From: Rebecca billardiae RCC1528
Lineage: Eukaryota > Protista > Haptophyta
NCBI GenBank assembly: GCA_965240325.2
Contig: OZ251229.1
Location: forward strand, 992,001 to 1,056,000
DNA: 64,000 bases
Direction of reading: 5' to 3'
Both the position numbers and the translations under genes were made by a program. The notes beneath the pieces are model-generated. The model saw only the letters and a list, made by a program, of their open reading frames with translations. It was not told the DNA's origin and made no database searches. The first letter of the stretch is position 1. Each line of letters begins with the position of its first letter. Positions 20,636 to 29,958 of the stretch are shown piece after piece.

Positions 20636-23600
20636 ATGACGAAGCCCACGAGCCGGTTCGCACACTCGGAGGGCAAGTGCGCCCTGTGCTACAGCCCCGA
20701 TGGCCGGTGCGTTCTACGCCTCTGCCGCCCCCCCCCCCCCGCCCCCGCGCGCCCCAGCCTCCCAAGCCGCGCTCCGCCGTGATGCGGGGCTCCGCAAGTG
20801 CGTGCGCCGCCGAGCTCATTACGCTCGCGCGCGCCGCCGCGCGGCTGCAGGCACATCATCACGGGTGGAGCGGACACGTTCGTGCGCATCTTCGACGCGT
20901 CAAGTCTGAGCGCCGAGCCTCGTCAGATCGAGCACCACGCGGAGCCCGTCACCGCCATCGCGATGAGCGCGCAGGTGCTTGCGCGCGGCGCTGCGCGACG
21001 CGAGCGCGCCCCGCGACGCCGTTGGCTCACGCCGCGCCCGTCGGCGATGGGCGCCCCGCGCGCAGGGCGATCGGTTCGCCACCGGTTGCGAGGACAATAT
21101 GGCCGCCCTCTTCGCCTTCCCCGCCGCCGAGTTCGAGGGCAACGCCACGCGCGGGCAGGCGGCGGTCTGCGACCTCGCCTTCAGCCCCTCCGGCCAGTTC
21201 CTCGCGGTCGCGTGCGAGGACGGCAACATCCGGCACGTGAACCACGCGACGAGCCAGGTGACTATGCTCAAGGGCCATGCCGACACCGTCCTCTCCCTCG
21301 CGTACGACCCGCAAGGGGCCTTCCTCGCCTCGGCCTCGGCGGACGGCACCGTGCGCATCTGGGCGACCGACGACGGCTCGGTGGTCGAGGTGCGCGACCA
21401 CGGCTTTGGCAAGATCAGGCCGGCGGACGAGGCGACGTGCTCGGTGGCGTGGCACCCGGACGGCACGCAGCTCGCGATCTCCGGCCCTCGCGGAGTCCAG
21501 CTCGTCGACCGCGACACGTGGGCGCTCGCGCACACGCTCTCAGGCCACGGCGCGCACGGGCCGCAGCTGCGCGTCGCGTGGTCAGGCTCTGGCCAGTACC
21601 TGGCGGCGTGCGGCCTGGACCGCAACCTGTTCGTGTGGGACCTGGCGTCGCGCGAGACGCTGGGTAAGTACCTCTGCGACTCGCCCGTGTGCTCGATCGC
21701 GTGGTCCCCCGTGCACAACGCGCTCGCCTTCGTCGACCGCGACGGCTCGCTCAGTGTCTGGGACGGCGTCGTGCCGCCTCACTATGCGCACCCGGCGACG
21801 GCGACGCACGCAAAGGCCAAGGGCGCGGCGGGCGCGGGTGGCGCTGGGCAGGAGGAGGAGGACGACGCCGCGCTCGAGGCGGCCCTCGCCGCCGCGCTCG
21901 AGGCGGAGGAGGACGACGCCGCGCCCGCGCAGCAACCCGTGCCGAAACGCCGCCTCGCCACGAACGCTGCGGCCGACGCCGGCGACGGAGACGACGACGC
22001 CGGCGACGGAGGCGCGCGCGCCGCGCCGGCGAGGCGCGTGAGCGCGGTGGACGATCACGACGACATGGTCGGCCTCGAGAGCGCCGAGGCGAAGGAGGCG
22101 CGGATGCTCGAGCTCGAGCTCGCGCTCCGTCGCGAGGAGCGGCTCAAGGCGCTGCGCGATGAGCACGCGGCCGCGAGCGCGCCGCCTCCGCCGCAGCCAG
22201 TGGACGTGAGCTGCGCGCAGGAGTCGGTGCAGCCGGGCTCGACGCCGTACGTCAACCGCCGGCGCTTCCTCGTGTGGAACCTGACGGGCTCGGTGGTCTC
22301 GCGCGACGAGGACGCGGCGTGCACCATCGAGATCGAGTTCGCCGACGCGGAGCGCCACAGGCCCATCCGGATCACCGACCACTACCGCTTCACGCTCGCG
22401 GCGCTCGACGACGACGGCGTCCTGTTTGCGAGCGCGGCCGAAGCGGAGCGCGCGTCCACGCTCGCGTACCGCCCGTTCAACTCGTGGGCGGCGAACTCGG
22501 AGTGGCAGGCGCAGCTGCCCGACGGCGAGGAGGCGACGTGCGTCGCGCTCGGGTACAAGTTCGCCGCGGTCGGCACGTCCGCGCGCAACGTGCGCCTCTT
22601 CTCGCACACGGGCCGGCCGCTCGCGCTGTGGACGGCCGCCGCCCCGATCGTGAGCATGGCCGGACACGCCGAGTCGCTCGCCGTCGTCGAGCACGGCGGG
22701 CGCGGCGCGCTGCCGGGCGAGCAGTGCCTGCGCGTGCGCGTGTACTCGACCGCGAACGAGCGGCGCGTGACGCGGCTGCTCGAGCGCCCGCTGCCGCTCA
22801 GCGAGGGCGCCACCCTGAGCTGGCTCGGCTTCAGCAGCGGCGGGCTGCTCGGCGCGGTCGACTCTGTGGGCGTGGTGCGGCTGTGCGTGAGCGCGTGCGA
22901 CCACGAGTGGATGCCGGTGCTGGACACGAGGCCGCACAAGAAGAGCAAGAGCGAGCGGCACTGGGTGGTCGGGCTGACGGATTCGCAGCTGCTCTTCGTC
23001 GTGTGCAAGGTGCGCGCGCGCGCGCGCGCGCGCACCTCTGCGGCGGCGCGCGCTGTGCGCCGCGCCCGGTGAGCGCGCGCTCAGCGCACCAACCTGACAC
23101 GCCCGAGCTGCGCGCCTCCCCGCGCCTCCGCGCGCCTCCCCGCGCCTCCCCGCGCCTCCCCGCGCCCGCCCGCCCGCATCGCGCGCGCGCAGGGTGGCGC
23201 CGCGCACCCCGCGCCGCTGCCGCGCCCCGTGCTCACCTGGCTCACGCTGAGCGTCCCCGCCGCGCAGCTCGACGGCGGCGGGTGCGAGCTCGAGGGTGAG
23301 CAGCTGCTGCAGGGCGCGCTGCTGGAGGAGAGGCGCGGCGCACTGCGCGCGGCGACTGACGAGGAGTCGGCCGAGGCGATCCGCTCCGAGGTGCTCGGGC
23401 TGGTCGGCGCGGCGGACCGCGCGACGCTGATGCAGATCAAGGCCGCGTGCTCGGCCGACCGCATCGCCCGGGCGCTCGACCTCGCCGCCCAACTCCGTCT
23501 GCCCCGCAGCGTCGAGGGCGCGATCGCGCTCGCCAACCACTTCAAGCACACGCAGCTCGCCGAGCGCATCGCCTACCTGATGGAGCTCTCGTTCGGCGCG

Positions 23601-24444
23601 AGCGGCGTGGACGACGTGGACGCCACGTTCGACCCGGCGCCCGCGCGCGGGCCGTACGCTCTCCACGGCGCGGACGACGCGCGCGCCGGCGCCGACCTCG
23701 ACGACGCGTGCGCGCGGCCGCTCGCGCGGCCGGCCGCGCGCGTCACCGCGAGCATCGGCGAGCAGGCGGCCGAGGCGCGGCGCGAGGAGGCGCTCAAGGC
23801 GCGGCGCGACGCGGCGCGCTCGGGCGCCGCGCGCTTCCCGCGCCGCTCGGCGCTGCCGGCCGCCGCCGCCGAGGACGACGACGAGGACGAGCGTGCTGCC
23901 GACGAGCCCGCTGAGAGGGCGGAGGACGAGAACGCGCAGGCGGGCGGCGCGGCGGACGAGGACGACGGCGCCGAGCCCACGTGGGTGGACGAGCAATCGG
24001 ACGAGCGCAAGCGCAAGGCGATGAACGCGATGCAGACACCCGGCGCGGCGGTGCCTGCCGCGCGCCAGAGCAGCAACCCGTTCGCCAAGGCGGCGAGCGG
24101 CTCGCGCGTCGAGCCGGCGACCACGGCCAAGGCACGCCGCTCGCACGCGCGCGCGCGCGCGCTCGCCGCGCCGGGCTCCGCACGAGCACAGCCGCGCTCG
24201 CGCGAGCGTGGTCGCGCGCACGCTCGCATGTGTGCTCACGCGTGCGTGCTCCCGCCCGCGCCTGGCGTCCGTGCGCGCGCGTGTGCACGCGCAGGAAGTC
24301 TTCGACAAGCTGCACGGCCTCAAGGCAGGCCCCGGCCAGCCACTCGAGCCGCTGGCCGCCAAGGCGGGCGGCGCCGAAGGTCCGACCAAGCGCAAGCTCG
24401 GCGCTCCATACGCGCCGACAAGCAAGAAGATGGCGAAGGCGTGA
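20636..24444 (+). CDS. WDHD1: WDHD1 / Ctf4 / AND-1 replisome hub (~1075 aa); exons 20636-20706, 20851-20974, 21066-23009, 23193-24131, 24295-24444
   Basis: N-terminal WD40 repeats (FAHSEG, ITGGAD..VRIFD) and the SepB/Mcl1 region QPGSTP...RRFLVWNLTG...IEIEFAD...RPFNSWAANSEW, followed by PLPRP and SNPFAK motifs. Splice phases are consistent, and the last intron has a GC donor. Confidence 0.9.
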
Positions 24445-24807
24445 AGTGCACACGGGAGGCTGCGGTGGCCGGTGGGATTGGATCGCCGACTGGCCATCTG
24501 GAGCCGCCTGGTGGGAGATTACGGAGTGACGATCACGATGGAGAGCATGCTGTGCAACCGCGAAGCCAGGCAGCGCGAGTGACGAGCTCCCAGCTCGGGT
24601 TGGATGGGCGGATGAGGACCTTGAACGAGGCAGATGGGACAGCGGCACGGAACCGGGAGGCTGTCAGCCTAGCGCTCTGAGCGCTCGCACTGGTACGTGC
24701 GTAACCGCGTAGAATCATTAGCCGCAACAGTCGCCTGGGGGGGGAAGCCATCTTTGACGCGACTGTCTGCTTGCCCGCTTGGGCTTTGTAGCTTGGTTCT
24801 CAACTTC

Positions 24808-27161
24808 GACTTCAGCCGGTTACCACATTAAGCCGAATCCCGCCACCACATTAAGCCTTAATGTGGCAGACGGTTGACCACTGCCACATTAAGGATCCCG
24901 CCACCACATTAAGGCGCGCGGCCCGCGAGCGGGGCGCTCGTGCGGCGGCGACGGCCGCCGTGCGTGGAGGAAAACGCGGCGGTGGGGCGGCGATCGAGGG
25001 GCGACACGCTATGCAGCGAGTGTTCGAAGCGTTCGCGAGCGTGCGCACCAGCCTGACCACACAGGGCAGCTCGCAGGACTCACAGGCCGCGCTGCACAAC
25101 TCTGGGCGGCGCGGCGGCGCGGCGGCGCAGCGCACGCGGATCGCCCGCTGCCACAGCGGCCGCGCGCGGGGGCGTCGGTGCTGCGGCGAAGGCCGAGGAT
25201 GTCGAGGAAGAGGTGGTGATGGGATGGAAGAGGTGGCGGTGGGGCGACGATCGAGGGGTGACACGCGACGCAGCGCGGGAGCGCGGGTTCCAAGCGTCCG
25301 CGAGCGTGCGCGCCAGCCTGACCACCCCGGGTAATCCCAGGACTCACAACCCTGGGCGGCGCGGCTGCGGTGGTGGCGGGAGGCCTGGCGGCTACTCCCG
25401 ATGGACTGGTTGCACCCAGCTTTGGGGACTTGTCCGACTCATGTGACGGCAGACGCTCAGACGGTAGAACGGTAGAGGTCACGCTCCATGCGGACGAGAG
25501 CGCTTGAGCGCATGCTCGGCCACTGCTTTGACATCCCGAAATCTCGACCGGGGTGGCTCCAGGCTGAGTCATCCCGTGTGCGAGCATGCGGGGCAGGCGA
25601 ACGGGTCGTCAATTGTGGGCCACTGATTGGCACCCGGTCCGATGAGCAGCGGAGCAACAGAGGCCAGCACATGTCCAGCGAGGGCTACCCGACCGAATCT
25701 GCGAGAGCGCCGCCGTGCGCCGTGCGCCGTCCAAGGTCGACAATGGCAAGGCCCCGGCGGACGGTGCTCGCGGATCGTGCGCGCCGCTAACGGACACGCA
25801 AGTGCGCAACCATCCGCGCCTGTCATGCGCACGCGCAATGATGTCAAGGTGCCGAAGGCCGCGGAGCGCGTAAGTGCTCGTCGACGCGCGCGTGCACGTT
25901 CCTCTGCAGAGGAACAGTGACTCAGGAACAGCTCAGCCGATGGTACGCCGCTGCCGGCCGCTCATGTGGTGCTGCGCGTGACGCAACCCATGTTGTGTAG
26001 CATCACCGTATTGTAGCCAGCCTCGCGCGCTACCGAAGACGGCTTTGATATGCTAGTTACTACTGGGGAAGTCGGCGGCGAGCCTGCCGGAGCGGCCGTC
26101 GGTGCTCCCGCTGTAGACGCATGCGCTCGTGCGCTCGAGGTGGCGTTCGTCGTACAGCGAGGTGAACTGCGTTCGCGTCGTCGGGCTCGAGCCCTCGGCA
26201 CACGTGTAGCTCTCCATAGCGCTCAGCCCGGCGATAAGCGCTGTGGACGGCGCGGAGGTGTCGCTCTGGCGCTCCACTGTGCGCATGAGCTGACGCAGCA
26301 GTCCCTGGAGCGCGTCGGCGAGCGCGTGCGTGTTGAGGTGGTCGAGGCAAGCGTCGAGCACGCGGCGGTGCAGGTGCAGCCGCTGAACAAGCACCTACTC
26401 GCGGCGCACGCGGACGCGCGGCGCAAGGAGGAACAGCTCGAGCTGCTGAAGGGCACGCTGAGCGCGCTCAAGGCTGAGCTCGAGCGCAGGTTGCAGATGA
26501 GCGCAGGCGTGCGCCCGCAGACGCGCGTGCGGGGGCATGCTGCGCAGACGCAGCGCTGCAGCCAACATGGAGCCTGCCTGGAAGTGACCTCCATCACGCA
26601 CTCTTGCGCGCGCCCTTCAGCGCAGCTGATCGACAAGGGCCTTGGCCACGGGTCTGACGGAGCACTCTCGCACGGTGACCTGCTCAACGCCGTGTATGCC
26701 AGCAGCGCGCTTCGCACGCTGGCCGTCAGCGGCGAGCACGGCGAGATCATCTACCGAGTGCTCGAGGTGTCCCTGCTTGAACTGCTTTCCCTTCGCGAGC
26801 AGCACGTACTTCACCGCGAGCACGGCGCGCGCGCGCCGCCACGCTGCTTCTTGTCGGACGCGGGCTCGCCAGCCTCACCGAGGAACTCGAAGTGCTTCCC
26901 GACGCCCGGCGCCACTGCCTCCGCCGGCCAGTGCACGACTGCGTCGAGCAAAGGGCGACTGACCAGGCCAGCGCGGTTCAGGACGTTTGCGACCGAAGCC
27001 GAAGACCATCGGCGCATCGCTCCGCGCGTGGCGTGTCGGTGGCCGTGCGAGCGTTGGCGCGGATCCTTAATGTGGCAGCCGGTCGCCTTAATGTGGTAGC
27101 CGGTCGCGGGGCCCTTAATGTGGCAGGTGGTCAAGGCTTAATGTGGCAACCGGATGAAGCC
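24808..27161. mobile_element. Non-autonomous Mutator-like DNA transposon (Pack-MULE-like) with 9-bp TSD CTCAACTTC
   Basis: TIRs at 24808-24834 and 27135-27161 match at 24/27. Identical 9-mers flank the element at 24799-24807 and 27162-27170. There are five CCACATTAAG/CTTAATGTGG units at the left end and four CTTAATGTGG units at the right end. Confidence 0.85.
26370..26830 (+). pseudogene. Gene fragment captured inside the MULE-like element (coiled-coil exon + 117-bp intron + exon)
   Basis: Host-like codon usage (PLNKHLLAAHADARRKEEQLELLKGTLSALKAELERRL / LIDKGLGHG...EIIYRVLE). The two parts are separated by an in-frame GTGCGC...GCGCAG intron at 26509-26625. Confidence 0.45.
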
Positions 27162-27251
27162 CTCAACTTCTCATCAAGGAACCTCCGCTGCCATCATGCG
27201 GCCAAGACGCCCAGACCTCCGAAATCCGCGCCGGAGCAAACGGGCACAATA

Positions 27252-28616
27252 ATGGGCGGCGCCTCCTGGATCTGCGCCATGCTCGCCCTCGCCGCCGCCA
27301 CGGCTCATGAGGACGACCAATCGTGGGCTCTCGACGCGGGCCTCGTCCAGCCGCCGCGTGCATACCGAGGCGCGCGCGCAGCTGGCCCAGGGCCGAGCTT
27401 GCCAGAGCGGCAGCGCGCGGTGGGTTTGCTGAACGAGCAGTCGAAGCGCGTGGTGCGTGGTTGCAGCCCTGACCCCGACGCTGCCACGCTCCAGAGCCGG
27501 CTGCGTGCCATCGCCTCGTGCTCGTGCACGCCAGCCGGACCGACTTGCGCGCGCCATGGACCGCGCCCGATCCGTGCACAAATGGAGGGCAAGTATGGCA
27601 TTGGCTCAGAGATGAGCTCGCTGCTCAAGCCGCTCACGCTTGCCGTCGAGGAGGGAGTGCCCTTCCTCGACCCGCTCTACCCACGGGTTGGCTGCGCGAA
27701 TGGCCCGTATTTGAGCAGCTGCCTCGGCCTACGCTCGCCAGCGCCGTGCGAGCCGGCCGTCGCTGTCGCATCGGCGCACAAGCATGCCCACGCCGCTGCC
27801 TATGCTGCCGAACGACATCTCAGCGCGCAGAACTACTCAAAGGTTGTCGAGCCTGACGTCCCGCCGCCATTCGTCGGGCGCAAGAGCCTCTTCTGGTTCA
27901 CGGGCCAGCTCCTCGCCTACCTGGTGCGCCCGGCCCCGCCGCTGGTCCGCTGGCTCCAGTATCAGCGCCGGGAGTGGGGCTGGGATGAGACGCGGAAGGT
28001 TGTCGGGCTTCACGTGCGCCGGGGCGACACGTGCCGCGACTGGAAGGCCAACGCCTTCGTGGAGGGCCGCTTGGACAAGCGGAAGTGGCGGAAGTGCGAC
28101 CAGCTCGACCTGTACGCGCCGCACGTCAAGGCCCTTGTCCAGAACTACGGCCTCGACGCCGTCTACATCGCCACGGACGACGAGGACATCGTGCGGCAGG
28201 CCAGGGCAAATGCGAGCGAGCTGCTCGGCGTCGCCCCCTCGGCGGTGTTCTCGCTCCCGCTGAACCGCACGATGTACAAGCGAATCACGATCGACGCGGC
28301 GATGCGCACGCACGACAAGATCAACTTCGACTTTGCCGCCGACGCGCACGGCTTTGTTGCCGACCTTGTGCTGCTGGCTGCAGCCGACGCTCACGTGGGC
28401 AAGTCGACGAGCAATATGTTCCGCCACGCTCTGTCGCTTTCGAATGCGCTCAAGGGCGGCGATTGTGTCGCACCGTACGCCTCGCTCGACTCGCTGTGGT
28501 GTGCGAACTTCGGCATGAACACCGGCATCTCGCTCCTGAATCCGAAGAGCATGACCGTGGACATAATGACGAGACCTGAGCGTCGTGTCAACCGCCAGCG
28601 GCGATTCGACTGCTGA
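27252..28616 (+). CDS. GT23-type (FUT8/NodZ-like) alpha-1,6-fucosyltransferase family protein
   Basis: Signal or anchor peptide plus fucosyltransferase motifs VVGLHVRRGD, VYIATDD and DL..LA.AD..VG..TSN. Confidence 0.82.
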   Translation: MGGASWICAMLALAAATAHEDDQSWALDAGLVQPPRAYRGARAAGPGPSLPERQRAVGLLNEQSKRVVRGCSPDPDAATLQSRLRAIASCSCTPAGPTCARHGPRPIRAQMEGKYGIGSEMSSLLKPLTLAVEEGVPFLDPLYPRVGCANGPYLSSCLGLRSPAPCEPAVAVASAHKHAHAAAYAAERHLSAQNYSKVVEPDVPPPFVGRKSLFWFTGQLLAYLVRPAPPLVRWLQYQRREWGWDETRKVVGLHVRRGDTCRDWKANAFVEGRLDKRKWRKCDQLDLYAPHVKALVQNYGLDAVYIATDDEDIVRQARANASELLGVAPSAVFSLPLNRTMYKRITIDAAMRTHDKINFDFAADAHGFVADLVLLAAADAHVGKSTSNMFRHALSLSNALKGGDCVAPYASLDSLWCANFGMNTGISLLNPKSMTVDIMTRPERRVNRQRRFDC

Positions 28617-28911
28617 CTCCTACAGTAGGTCTCTCTCTCTCTCTCCAGCTGGCGGCGTCCGTGACACGGACCCGCGTAGTCCACCGTACATGCGTAGTCC
28701 ACCGTACATCCGCGTGGAGTCTCAAGAGGGTGAGCCCGCGGCACTGACGCCAGGTTCCGTCGCGCGCTCCATCGTGGAGGGTGAGTAATACTGAAATCTG
28801 AAAAAGAGGAATTTTTGTCGGCCTCCATTTCTCAGCGCGATGTCCGGGCGCCCGCCCTGCCGGGGGCGAAGCCGAGACGACACGCGACTGCGTGGCCTCG
28901 CCCTCGGCAGC

Positions 28912-29538
28912 ATGGAGGGCGAGGAGGCGCTCACGCGGCTCTACCGCGTCTGGCGCACAGCCCAACAGATGCTGCGCGACCGCGGCTACCTCGTCGACCC
29001 CGAAGATCTCATCCGCACACGCGACTCGTTTGTCGATATCTTCACCAAAGAGCGCCATGGCTCGCGCGAGCAGCTCACCATCCTCGCGCAGAAGCGCGAT
29101 GATCCGACGCAGGGCATCTTCATCTTCTTCCCCGAAGATGCGAAAGTGGGGATCAAGCCTATCCGCAAGTACTGCGACAAAATGAGCGAGATGGGCACGA
29201 ATCGCGCGATCCTTATCGTGCAAGAAGCGATGACCTCGCACGCGAAGCAGGCGCTCAAGGAGACGGTCACGCTCGGCCTGCACATGGAGCACTTCCAGGA
29301 GGCTGAGCTGCTGGTGAACATCACCGAGCACGTGCTCGTCCCAAAGCACCAGGTCATGTCTGACGACGAGAAGCGCGAGCTTCTGCGCCGGTACAAGCTG
29401 AAGGAGTCGCAGCTGCCGCGCATCCAGCTGAACGACCCCGTTGCTCGGTACTATGGCATGACGCGCGGGCAGGTCGTCAAGATCATTCGGCCGTCGGAAA
29501 CCGCGGGGCGGTACGTCACGTACAGGCTTGTGGTGTGA
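28912..29538 (+). CDS. RPB5: DNA-directed RNA polymerases I/II/III shared subunit RPABC1
   Basis: RLYRVWRT..QMLRDRGY, FQEAELLVNITEHVLVPKH and QLPRIQLNDPVARYYG..RGQVVKIIRPSETAGRYVTYR. Confidence 0.97.
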   Translation: MEGEEALTRLYRVWRTAQQMLRDRGYLVDPEDLIRTRDSFVDIFTKERHGSREQLTILAQKRDDPTQGIFIFFPEDAKVGIKPIRKYCDKMSEMGTNRAILIVQEAMTSHAKQALKETVTLGLHMEHFQEAELLVNITEHVLVPKHQVMSDDEKRELLRRYKLKESQLPRIQLNDPVARYYGMTRGQVVKIIRPSETAGRYVTYRLVV

Positions 29539-29958
29539 GTTGTGTGCAGCCCTGCCTCGTAGCATCGCAGCCCGACGTCAGACCGCCGTCGGTCACCGTC
29601 CGTGAAAAACCGCTAGCAGCAGTGTCAGCCGATCCCGCGCCGAGCAGCCCGCCGCCGCCGGGCCCGGCGGGCCCGGCCGCCGCCCGCCCGGCGGGCCCCG
29701 CCCCCGGCGCCCGGGGCGGCCCACCAGGTGCCGCGGGCGGCTCGACACTCTCCGCTCCCAGACTCCAGCGGCAGGCGTATTAAGTTCCGATGTCGCCTGT
29801 CAGCTTCACCGTGTCATGCGTGTCATGTGCTCGTAGTAACACTGCTGGATTCACGGTAGCGCTGCGCCGCTGCCAGTGCCAGTGTGAGTGTCGCCCGACT
29901 CAGAGCGTCGCACCCGGGTGCGCGGCCCGGACAGCCCCGGTGATCGGCGTCGTCATCA

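Noticed and set aside
24823-24913. CRISPR-like short repeats with spacers
   Set aside because: The repeats are only 10 bp, irregularly spaced and mirrored 2.2 kb away. The context is eukaryotic with no cas genes, so transposon subterminal repeats explain them better.
28673-28712. 18-bp tandem duplication CGTAGTCCACCGTACAT upstream of RPB5
   Set aside because: There are only two copies, consistent with the general micro-duplication background, and no function can be supported.
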